A program made the translations under genes and the position numbers. This document shows, one piece after another, positions 18,286 through 25,085 of a stretch of DNA of 44,827 nt. Below the pieces are notes generated by a model, which saw only the letters and a program-made list of their open reading frames with translations, made no database searches and was not told the DNA's origin. The stretch's first letter is position 1. Every line of letters starts with the position of its first letter. The stretch spans positions 1 through 44,827 of IMG/VR virus record IMGVR_UViG_3300032233_002597, one strand, 5' to 3'. Source of the stretch: a virus. Taxonomy: Duplodnaviria > Caudoviricetes.

Positions 18286-18950
18286 TTTTCAGTAAAAAAA
18301 TTGTTCTTCGTCATGTAAATTATTTTATCATTGTGATGATCTTCTATTTCTTTATTGGAATGATCAAATTCTACAAATGAAATATCATTATAATATCTTT
18401 CATGTCCATACCTATTAATCTCAGCAATATAATCACTTTCAGAGTAATCTTCATTAATATCTTCAATTATTAAAATTCCACCTGGTTTCAAATAATTGGA
18501 GCATCTACGAATAAATCTAATTTGATCCCAAAATAAATGGCTAGCATCATCAATTAAAACATCAAATTTAACTTCAATTTTTGAAAATGCATCGGTGATA
18601 GATTCTTCATATCCAGTATGCATATAGTCATAATGCACATTTTTTAAATTATCACGCTTTGCACTATCTATCGAGGCATAACTCCCATCCCAAGCATAAA
18701 TTTCAGCATTTGGAAAATACTCTCTCCAAGCTTTAATTGAAGCGTTGTATAAAATTCCAACTTCACCTATGATTATTTCATTTTCTCTAAAATTTGAAAA
18801 TAGCATAGAATAAAACGGCGTATAAGAATGCCTATATTTTATTCCACCATAATTATAGGGAGATTTATCAGATTCATATTTTGCAGCTATTTCACATAAT
18901 TCAGTTTTACTAGAAAAACACTGCAAAAAAAATTTATTTACTTTGGACAT
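18282..18950 (-). CDS. SAM-dependent (sugar O-)methyltransferase
   Basis: HSYTPFY, EVGI...[30 protein letters not shown]. Confidence 0.82.
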   Translation of the reverse strand: MSKVNKFFLQCFSSKTELCEIAAKYESDKSPYNYGGIKYRHSYTPFYSMLFSNFRENEIIIGEVGILYNASIKAWREYFPNAEIYAWDGSYASIDSAKRDNLKNVHYDYMHTGYEESITDAFSKIEVKFDVLIDDASHLFWDQIRFIRRCSNYLKPGGILIIEDINEDYSESDYIAEINRYGHERYYNDISFVEFDHSNKEIEDHHNDKIIYMTKNNFFTEK

Positions 18951-18970
18951 ATACAAAAGTTCTTTGTACC

Positions 18971-19005
18971 ATTATACCAAAAAAGGAGAGTTTATGCAAC
19001 TCTCC
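18971..19005 (-). terminator. Intrinsic terminator with embedded sigma70 promoter for the glycan operon
   Basis: GGAGAGTT-GCATA-AACTCTCC-TTTTTT; TTGCAT (18999-18994), 17 bp, TATAAT (18976-18971) with extended TG. Confidence 0.8.
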
Positions 19006-19009
19006 CATC

Positions 19010-19205
19010 AGGTCTTTCAGGCTCGCCACCAATTCTTTAACTGGAAATTGGAAACCAGGCGGGGAGAGTATCCCATCCGCACCACTTGCTCTTGAGAAAA
19101 GCAAGAAAACAATAGGGTCATATTTGACTCCACCAGTTCTTTTAAAGTCTCTCCGTGACTAAAGGGGTTGCTCCCGACCAGTGCTGTTTACGTCCATCCG
19201 TGACG
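19010..19205 (-). ncRNA. manA/wcaG-like structured RNA with four UGGUS-containing modules
   Basis: ~200 nt GC-richer non-coding stretch; stems CUUGCU/AGCAAG and CUGG/CCAG crossed by CCAAUU/AAUUGG; repeated UGGUG/UGGUC; lies upstream of nucleotide-sugar genes, as known for cyanophage manA and wcaG motifs. Confidence 0.7.
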
Positions 19206-19213
19206 ATTTATTT

Positions 19214-19432
19214 TTAGGCAAGAACTCCAGAAGTTTCCAAATCTTGAAGAATATAATCCATCAACATTTCATAATCATCAAGAGGATCTCCTGAGAATAC
19301 TACACCTTCGTTTTCATAAAAACGACGAACTTTTTTGTAAAGTTTCGGATTCTTTACATCTAGATAAAATTCGCCATTTGCTGCAGATTTAAGAGTTTGA
19401 ATATCTTTCTTAAATTTGATTGTAACCGACAT
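19214..19432 (-). CDS. Conserved cyanophage hypothetical protein (72 aa)
   Basis: ORF with its own promoter; LDVKNPKLYKKVRRFYENEGVVFSGDPLDDYE. Confidence 0.8.
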   Translation of the reverse strand: MSVTIKFKKDIQTLKSAANGEFYLDVKNPKLYKKVRRFYENEGVVFSGDPLDDYEMLMDYILQDLETSGVLA

Positions 19433-19455
19433 TGTTTTGTTTTGTTTACCTAGTA

Positions 19456-19507
19456 ATTATAGGATGAGTTAGGCTTTAAGTCAAGTGTACCAGTTGAGAA
19501 ACTGGCA
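19456..19507 (-). promoter_or_regulatory. Sigma70-type promoter with upstream inverted repeat
   Basis: TTGACT (19484-19479), 17 bp, TATAAT (19461-19456), preceded by CCAGTT-TCTC-AACTGG. Confidence 0.75.
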
Positions 19508-19508
19508 A

Positions 19509-19582
19509 TCGGAATGACAGGATTCGAACTTGCGACTTCTCGGACCCAAACCGAGTGCTCTACCAAACTGAGCTACATTCCG
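19509..19582 (-). tRNA. trnP: tRNA-Pro(TGG)
   Basis: Cloverleaf; anticodon arm CTCGG-TT-TGG-GT-CCGAG; one A.C mismatch in the T stem. Confidence 0.93.
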
Positions 19583-19593
19583 TTGATGTATGT

Positions 19594-19622
19594 ATTATAC
19601 CACGACTACCCAACTCCGTCAA
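19594..19622 (-). promoter_or_regulatory. Sigma70-type promoter for tRNA-Pro
   Basis: TTGACG, 17 bp, TATAAT with extended TG. Confidence 0.8.
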
Positions 19623-19629
19623 CTACTAA

Positions 19630-20037
19630 TTATGAGAACGTAATTGTACCGCCAATTCCATAATAATTTTGTACCGTACATGGGACATCATAATTATAGA
19701 TTACAGTATATTTTTGTGAATCTAACGTATAAGTCCCAGTTGCTTGAAGATTTGCCCATGTTGCACCGCCATTAATGGCGGTGTAAAGAGTGGAAGACCA
19801 CACATCAAAACTATATCCACTTCCCGCATATTGTCCAGCAATTGATGGAGTTCTCCAAGTTACATAACTATTGACTGCAGGATACTTTCCAAATTGAAGA
19901 GGAACAAAAGAAAAAGCTCCTGCAGTAAGATTAGTAGGAACACTTGAGGTTACTGTAGAAGCTGTACTACTTACAGTAAAAGCCCCAGTCCAACTATTAC
20001 CAGTATTTGTGGTAACACTATAATTAACGGTTGCCAT
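19630..20037 (-). CDS. Hypothetical Thr/Ser/Gly-rich beta-type protein, possibly virion-associated
   Basis: 135 aa, very few charged residues, aromatic-rich. Confidence 0.7.
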   Translation of the reverse strand: MATVNYSVTTNTGNSWTGAFTVSSTASTVTSSVPTNLTAGAFSFVPLQFGKYPAVNSYVTWRTPSIAGQYAGSGYSFDVWSSTLYTAINGGATWANLQATGTYTLDSQKYTVIYNYDVPCTVQNYYGIGGTITFS

Positions 20038-20068
20038 TTATTTAAAATTTATTATGTATATATTAAAA

Positions 20069-20218
20069 TTATTTTTGATCCCCTAGCATTTTCTCTAATG
20101 GATCTTTGCCAGTTTTTATTATAGCACATGCTCTTTTATAAAACATATTATTAGTGTTGCCGGAATTTTCAAATGTTTCTTTAATCTTCACCCAATTATT
20201 ATAGGTGTGAGAATCCAT
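20069..20218 (-). CDS. Conserved cyanophage hypothetical protein (49 aa, MDSHTYNNWVKIKETFE...)
   Basis: Internal ATG of the ORF-track call; recognisable small cyanophage protein. Confidence 0.75.
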   Translation of the reverse strand: MDSHTYNNWVKIKETFENSGNTNNMFYKRACAIIKTGKDPLEKMLGDQK

Positions 20219-20339
20219 TTGGTTTTTTTGCGTATTAGTATTATATACTATTTTCCAAAGCCAGGATGTTAGCATTTATGTTCATTCCTTAACATTAATG
20301 GGAAAAATACTGCGTTTTTGTAATGCTTGTAACTAAAAA

Positions 20340-20425
20340 TGGAAAGTCAGGGATTCGAACCCTGGGAGGCTACTAACCTCAATAGTTTTCAAGACTATCA
20401 CCATAAACCACTCGGTCAACTTTCC
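20340..20425 (-). tRNA. trnS: tRNA-Ser(TGA)
   Basis: Anticodon arm ATAGT-CT-TGA-AA-ACTAT; long variable arm GAGGT-TAGTA-GCCTC. Confidence 0.95.
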
Positions 20426-20434
20426 AATAAGTCC

Positions 20435-20686
20435 TTAACGGACTTCAAAATCCAAGCGTCTTACTTTACGATTTCTTCTTGCCTCTTGCCAGGCAATATC
20501 TTCGTTTGTAAAAACACTAGTTTGTTTGATTTCTTTATTTGATTCTACCACAACAATCTTAGATAAGTCAATAGCGGAAATATTATCCCCTCTAACTGAT
20601 GTCATATTAGAACATCCACAACACTTAGTTTGTGTTGGGTGACTTACTAATTCATTATTGCAACTTTTGCATCGTATAGTTAACAT
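20435..20686 (-). CDS. Conserved cyanophage Zn-ribbon-like protein
   Basis: CKSC...CCGC motifs; RRNRKVRRLDFEVR C-terminus. Confidence 0.8.
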   Translation of the reverse strand: MLTIRCKSCNNELVSHPTQTKCCGCSNMTSVRGDNISAIDLSKIVVVESNKEIKQTSVFTNEDIAWQEARRNRKVRRLDFEVR

Positions 20687-20690
20687 AATT

Positions 20691-21128
20691 CTAACCTTCT
20701 AAAAATGATCTTAGCATCCAAACAAATTTACCGTGAGTTTCCATTAAACTCTGAACTAAATTTGCGGTTGCATATTGCTTTTTCTTATCTGCTTCTTCTG
20801 AAATTGCCGTAAGCAATTGAATCATTTTCATATTATCATCCATCAACTGAGCAACCATTCCAAATGCTACGATTTCACTATTGGCTTCAGCAATTGCAGT
20901 CACTTCAATAATTCTACTTAAAGTTGTAACTGGCTTCATACCAAGATATCTCATGTGTTCTGTGAGAGTATCAATTTCTTCAAACATGGTTTCATACTGT
21001 CCACCAAAGAGTGTATGAAGTTGTTGGAAATCAGGACCTACAACATCCCAGTGATAAATCCAAGTTTTTTGAAAGAGTACAAAAAGAGATGCCTGAGCAT
21101 CACTCAACAGTTTAAACAAAGTTTCCAT
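20691..21128 (-). CDS. dps: Dps / mini-ferritin
   Basis: YHWDVVGPDFQQLHTLF...IDTLTE ferroxidase motif; HGKFVWML C-terminus. Confidence 0.93.
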   Translation of the reverse strand: METLFKLLSDAQASLFVLFQKTWIYHWDVVGPDFQQLHTLFGGQYETMFEEIDTLTEHMRYLGMKPVTTLSRIIEVTAIAEANSEIVAFGMVAQLMDDNMKMIQLLTAISEEADKKKQYATANLVQSLMETHGKFVWMLRSFLEG

Positions 21129-21147
21129 TATAGCAATACTTTTTAGA

Positions 21148-21155
21148 TATTTATA
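21148..21155 (-). promoter_or_regulatory. T4-type late promoter upstream of dps
   Basis: Exact TATAAATA ~20 nt before the ATG. Confidence 0.7.
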
Positions 21156-21450
21156 ATGCAGTGTCCCAAGGAAGTTTGTTTAAAATATTAGATTCTTGAA
21201 GATTTTCCATATTTACTGTAAGTGAAGATTCAATTTGATCAACATCAATTCTACTTTTTACCCATTGCAAAACAATTTCTTCAGTCAAATTTTCATATAA
21301 AATAATATCATTATTTGGTTGTTCAAGTGTTACGGATCCAATAGATTCTATGGTATCATTTTCATCAGTAATAGATGCTTTCCAATCTACAAGAAATACA
21401 ATTCCATCATCTACATTTCTCTGCATATTAACTATTGACCAAGTTATCAT
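21151..21450 (-). CDS. Hypothetical phage protein (99 aa, MITWSIVNMQR...LPW)
   Basis: Start at 21450 after late promoter TATAAATA (21473-21480); YENLTEEIVLQWVK motif. Confidence 0.75.
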   Translation of the reverse strand: MITWSIVNMQRNVDDGIVFLVDWKASITDENDTIESIGSVTLEQPNNDIILYENLTEEIVLQWVKSRIDVDQIESSLTVNMENLQESNILNKLPWDTAL

Positions 21451-21482
21451 ACTATTCAAATAAACTATAGCATATTTATAAG

Positions 21483-21554
21483 TGGGCGATGACGGGATCG
21501 AACCGCCGACATACTCGGTGTAAACGAGGCACTCTACCGCTGAGTTAATCGCCC
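21483..21554 (-). tRNA. trnV: tRNA-Val(TAC)
   Basis: GGGCGAT acceptor; anticodon loop TT-TAC-AC; TTCGATC T loop. Confidence 0.95.
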
Positions 21555-21560
21555 AATGAA

Positions 21561-21725
21561 TCAATGAGATTCTAGCATATACTCAACAGTATTTGCAACA
21601 TCATTCATTGCATCTCTTAAATCTGGTCTTTGTCCGGATTCTTGTTTGATGATTGGACGGGAACAATCCGTCAATGTCCAACGCCATTGTTTCATTGACT
21701 CACAGTACCAAAGTTTAATATTCAT
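21561..21725 (-). CDS. Conserved cyanophage hypothetical protein (54 aa, MNIKLWYCESMKQWRWTL...)
   Basis: Internal ATG of the ORF-track call. Confidence 0.75.
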   Translation of the reverse strand: MNIKLWYCESMKQWRWTLTDCSRPIIKQESGQRPDLRDAMNDVANTVEYMLESH

Positions 21726-21870
21726 TCTTATTATACTCAAGTTTAATCCAGTTAAGAAGAGCATTTGATTCTGCTCTTTCTGCTTCAGTCATAATATCTT
21801 TAAAAGAACCAATATAATGTTCCAAAGCCTTAATTGTGAGCACTCTATCTTGCTGTGAAATAAGAGACAT
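21715..21870 (-). CDS. Small hypothetical protein (51 aa, MSLISQQDRVLTIKALEHY...LLNWIKLEY)
   Basis: Hand-translated; follows promoter 21891-21919; SD GGAG. Confidence 0.7.
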   Translation of the reverse strand: MSLISQQDRVLTIKALEHYIGSFKDIMTEAERAESNALLNWIKLEYNKNEY

Positions 21871-21890
21871 AAAAATCTTAACTCCAAACT

Positions 21891-21925
21891 ATAATACACA
21901 AAAAAGGGGGGTTTGTCAACCCCCC
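21891..21925 (-). terminator. Porin terminator with embedded sigma70 promoter
   Basis: GGGGGGTT-GACA-AACCCCCC-TTTTTT; TTGACA (21919-21914), 17 bp, TATTAT (21896-21891). Confidence 0.85.
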
Positions 21926-21933
21926 GAATATTA

Positions 21934-23541
21934 TCAGAAACGGAAGGTTGTCTGAATTACACCACCAAGTCCATTGAAGTTGTAAGCAGCATCACTTGAA
22001 CTATTGGTAGATTGTGAACTATAACCAGAGGCATAGAACAGAGCAGGAGTGATTGAGATGTTATCAGATACCTGATACCTGTAGAACCACTCAACCAACC
22101 AAGGACTGCTACCAGTAGCACCAGCAGAGTTTGCAGGTTGTCCAAAAGCAATACCAGCAGCATTACCCTTAATGAAAGCATCATCCCACTGAAGTCCAAC
22201 CATCCAAGAACGGGAAGATTGTGCCAGATTTTTATAGGAAGATGTTGTAGCATCGCCATAACCAGTTACAAAGTTATATCCATAACCAGCACTGATAGAA
22301 GGAATTGCACCAGTTTTCTTTGGCTGCCAGTAAGCATTCAATGCAACACTATTACCTTCTTGGTTGTTACCAAGCGTAGTGCCAGCAGCACCATTAGCAG
22401 AACGAACTCCAGATTGAGTAGTTCCATAACGATAACCAGCAGCAACACCCCACTGAGGAGCCTTATAGCCAACCTGAGTCATCAAGTTGATACCTGAGTT
22501 GGAATTGAAAACACCATAAGTGCTATCCGAACCTGATGCACCATTCTTACAACCACCAGTACAAGTTGTATTACCACTGTTTACGCCAGAACCATTCACA
22601 ACATAGTTAACGTTAGCAACGAATCCACCTTTGCCTTTTGCTACAGGTTGCTTCCACTGAACACCGACACCTTCACCAGTTGCCTTGTTATAGACACCAC
22701 CAGTACCAGCAACAGCAAATGTATCAAGAATGTCCGACTTATAAGCAGTAGGAATCCATGCCATTTCAGTGTTACGAACCAGAGCACCTACAGTAAACTT
22801 GAATTGATTTTGCTTACCTGCAGGGAACTGATAGTAAAGACGGTCGATGTAAACTTGATTGTTCCAATCTTCTGCCTTATCCAGTTTAAAGATATTGCTG
22901 GTTGAAGTACCGAAAGGATACTTGGAGAAGTTGCCACTACGCAGACGAGTACGCAGCAAATCTTGTCCATTATATGAAGTATCCAAATTGATACGAATGT
23001 CATAGTTGAAGGTTGTGTTTCCACCACCCTGTTGCTTTGAACCATTCAAACCATTTTTAGATCCAAATCCAGGAACACCACCCAGAATCATACTTGCCTG
23101 ACCTGCCAATTTAGTGGTAGTCGAGAACTGTTGTGCCTGAAGTTTACCAACTTTGCTCTCAAGTCCATCAACACGAGCAGTCAGAACAGTCAGTTCTGTA
23201 TCAAACTCTGCAAGAAGTTTCTTGAGTTCATCAGTTGTTTCAGTGACACGATCAAGGCAAGCATTTAAAAGTGCCGCTGCCTCAAAACGAGTCATTGCTT
23301 TCCCACCTGCAAAAGTACCATTGGGGTATCCTGCAACGCAACCATAACGATTTACAAGGTTGCTGAGTGCCTGATATGCCCAATCAGTAGGTTTTACATC
23401 AGAGAATTGTGTAACACTTGTAACCTGTTCTGCCGAAGCGTATTGGTTGACTGCTGCCAAATTAATGTCTGCTGCTTGTGCAGCAGGTGCAATCATTCCA
23501 AGAGCAACAGGTGCAAGCATCAGTTGTTTGAAAAATTTCAT
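21934..23541 (-). CDS. Cyanobacterial outer-membrane porin (SLH domain + OprB-like barrel; Som type)
   Basis: Signal peptide ending AQA; FSDVKPTDWAYQAL...YGCVAGYPNGTF...TRFEAAALLNACL; coiled coil; FSTTTKL; C-terminal TTFRF. Confidence 0.95.
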   Translation of the reverse strand: MKFFKQLMLAPVALGMIAPAAQAADINLAAVNQYASAEQVTSVTQFSDVKPTDWAYQALSNLVNRYGCVAGYPNGTFAGGKAMTRFEAAALLNACLDRVTETTDELKKLLAEFDTELTVLTARVDGLESKVGKLQAQQFSTTTKLAGQASMILGGVPGFGSKNGLNGSKQQGGGNTTFNYDIRINLDTSYNGQDLLRTRLRSGNFSKYPFGTSTSNIFKLDKAEDWNNQVYIDRLYYQFPAGKQNQFKFTVGALVRNTEMAWIPTAYKSDILDTFAVAGTGGVYNKATGEGVGVQWKQPVAKGKGGFVANVNYVVNGSGVNSGNTTCTGGCKNGASGSDSTYGVFNSNSGINLMTQVGYKAPQWGVAAGYRYGTTQSGVRSANGAAGTTLGNNQEGNSVALNAYWQPKKTGAIPSISAGYGYNFVTGYGDATTSSYKNLAQSSRSWMVGLQWDDAFIKGNAAGIAFGQPANSAGATGSSPWLVEWFYRYQVSDNISITPALFYASGYSSQSTNSSSDAAYNFNGLGGVIQTTFRF

Positions 23542-23600
23542 AAGAATGTATTAAGATTTACAACTACGAGGATTATTTAGTATTCCCAATAAATTGGGGA

Positions 23601-23672
23601 AGCGGATGATCGGATTCGAACCGACGACGAACTGCTTGGAAGGCAGCCATTCTACCACTGAATTACATCCGC
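23601..23672 (-). tRNA. trnG: tRNA-Gly(TCC)
   Basis: GCGGATG acceptor; GCTGC-CT-TCC-AA-GCAGT; U73. Confidence 0.95.
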
Positions 23673-23676
23673 ATTG

Positions 23677-23747
23677 TGAGAGTGGAAGGTTTCGCATCCT
23701 TCTACTGTATCCCTTGTCGGGGTGCCTTACTTTTGGCATCACTCTCA
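23677..23747 (-). ncRNA. tRNA-shaped RNA lacking a canonical anticodon loop
   Basis: UGAGAGUG/CACUCUCA, UGCC/GGCA, CCC/GGG and GAAGG/CCUUC stems in cloverleaf order; 4 nt from tRNA-Gly; directly downstream of a consensus promoter. Confidence 0.7.
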
Positions 23748-23770
23748 ACACACTTCCTTCACACCAGAAA

Positions 23771-23799
23771 AGTATAAGACATAATACTTATTATGTCAA
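23771..23799 (-). promoter_or_regulatory. Sigma70-type promoter for the tRNA-like RNA and tRNA-Gly
   Basis: TTGACA (23799-23794), 17 bp, TATACT (23776-23771). Confidence 0.8.
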
Positions 23800-23870
23800 G
23801 CCTTCGACAAGATTTGAACTTGCGACCTGAGCTTTACAAAAGCCCTGCTCTACCACTGAGCTACAAAGGC
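23799..23870 (-). tRNA. trnT: tRNA-Thr(TGT)
   Basis: GGGCT-TT-TGT-AA-AGCTC anticodon arm. Confidence 0.95.
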
Positions 23871-23873
23871 AGG

Positions 23874-23946
23874 CTCCCCCACCTGGACTCGAACCAGGAA
23901 CACTTTGATTAACAGTCAAATACTCTGCCAATTGAGCTATAGGGGA
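23874..23946 (-). tRNA. trnN: tRNA-Asn(GTT)
   Basis: TTTGA-CT-GTT-AA-TCAAA anticodon arm; G73. Confidence 0.95.
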
Positions 23947-23954
23947 ATATGGTA

Positions 23955-24140
23955 TCAATCTACCACACTGGCACGAATCTTGAGTCCAACTGCTGTCAAA
24001 AAGGTATTGAGGTTATCAACAACTGCAGTGTCATCAGCATTTTCAAAATTCAAATTAAAATCACGAATTGTATTGTGATTCTCATCTCGGCAGGAATACC
24101 GAAGATCAAAAGAAGTATTCAGAACTTTTTGTTTTGCCAT
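23955..24140 (-). CDS. Hypothetical protein (61 aa) inside the tRNA array
   Basis: ORF fills the gap between tRNA-Arg and tRNA-Asn on the coding strand. Confidence 0.65.
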   Translation of the reverse strand: MAKQKVLNTSFDLRYSCRDENHNTIRDFNLNFENADDTAVVDNLNTFLTAVGLKIRASVVD

Positions 24141-24201
24141 AATAATTTAGTAATGAAATAAGGAGCGTCTTTCTAGGCTATGTGCCTAACGACTACTCCA
24201 A

Positions 24202-24273
24202 CAGGCTCACTTGGAATCGAACCAAGAACACAATCTTAGAAGGATCGGGTTATATCCATTTAACTATGAGCCC
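24202..24273 (-). tRNA. trnR: tRNA-Arg(TCT)
   Basis: CGATC-CT-TCT-AA-GATTG anticodon arm; A20 in the D loop. Confidence 0.95.
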
Positions 24274-24280
24274 ATATAAA

Positions 24281-24342
24281 TTGAAGGCAGGTGCGGTATC
24301 TCCTTTCGGTGCCCATGCTCCTTTTTCTTTCCTTGCCTCCAA
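24281..24342 (-). ncRNA. Candidate 62-nt structured RNA leading the tRNA-Arg transcript
   Basis: Closing stem UUGGAGGCA/UGCCUUCAA, purine-rich strand, CC-GAAA-GG tetraloop; starts at the predicted TSS. Confidence 0.5.
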
Positions 24343-24349
24343 TGAAACT

Positions 24350-24378
24350 ATTGTATCACTCCTTAGGGCAATCGTCAA
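24350..24378 (-). promoter_or_regulatory. Sigma70-type promoter for the tRNA-Arg/Asn/Thr operon
   Basis: TTGACG (24378-24373), 17 bp, TACAAT (24355-24350) with extended TG. Confidence 0.78.
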
Positions 24379-24796
24379 GCCATGGAGCACAGATTCTCAT
24401 TGGTGGTGCAAGTGTCTTACATTCATCAGTATAGCACACGGTATCGTCATTTACTCCATTCACATATCTTGGCTTATATTTTTTATCGGATTCTGCAATA
24501 ATTCGATCATATTCTGGAGTTACTTCGGCAAGTGCTCTATCAACCGCAAGTTCTACTCTTGCATCCAGTTTATCCTGATTATTTTTTAATTCAGGTAATT
24601 CATATTTCAAATTTAATTGCTCAAGTAAAAGTTGATAATATTTCCAAAGTTGTTTTTCGGATATATTCAACCATCCAGAAAATAAAGAAATAATCGCAAT
24701 TACAGCGGAAATTATAAAAAATCCTTTGATTTTTTTAGAACTTAATTGTGGAAAGGCAGTAAATTTTCCTTCCTTAATTTCGAATATTTTAAACAT
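24356..24796 (-). CDS. Hypothetical membrane-anchored protein with Cys-rich C-terminus
   Basis: TM FFIISAVIAIISLFSGWL; VCYTDECK...ICAPWLDDC. Confidence 0.75.
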   Translation of the reverse strand: MFKIFEIKEGKFTAFPQLSSKKIKGFFIISAVIAIISLFSGWLNISEKQLWKYYQLLLEQLNLKYELPELKNNQDKLDARVELAVDRALAEVTPEYDRIIAESDKKYKPRYVNGVNDDTVCYTDECKTLAPPMRICAPWLDDCPKE

Positions 24797-25085
24797 TTTG
24801 GTTGTCCAAAAAATCTGTTAATGCTTGATCTACAATATCTTTTGGATTAAATTTTTCGTTTTTACTCCAAAGTTTTTTAGTATCAAAGGTTAAAGAAGGA
24901 GTTACATTTCCATCTTCTTCTACTTTGATTCGAGCACCAAATATAGTTCCTTTTGGTTGAAGTTCTATTTCATCGGAAGAATTTAATTTAACATCACCAA
25001 TATTGGTTGTTACTTTAAGATATTCTGCGTCTGCGGCAATATCAATACTATCGGTTAAGTTTTGTGGATTGTTTTCAATCGACAT
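24789..25085 (-). CDS. Hypothetical protein (98 aa)
   Basis: ORF coupled to the downstream gene; late-promoter core ATAAATA at 25113-25119. Confidence 0.75.
   Translation of the reverse strand: MSIENNPQNLTDSIDIAADAEYLKVTTNIGDVKLNSSDEIELQPKGTIFGARIKVEEDGNVTPSLTFDTKKLWSKNEKFNPKDIVDQALTDFLDNQNV

Noticed and set aside
20316-20333. GTTACAAGCATTACAAAA as a second HLR1 site
   Set aside because: TTAC cores are 9 bp apart, not 10, and no clear linked -35 box.
23677-23747. tRNA-Sec, tRNA-Pyl or suppressor tRNA
   Set aside because: An 8/5 stem reading is possible but there is no UCA/CUA anticodon loop or long variable arm, and no sign of stop-codon read-through in the genes here.
20339-24589. ORFs overlapping tRNAs (20339-20542, 23551-23751, 23594-23830, 24182-24589) and the 5' extension of 21151-21564
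   Set aside because: They run through tRNA or ncRNA genes; spurious frames.
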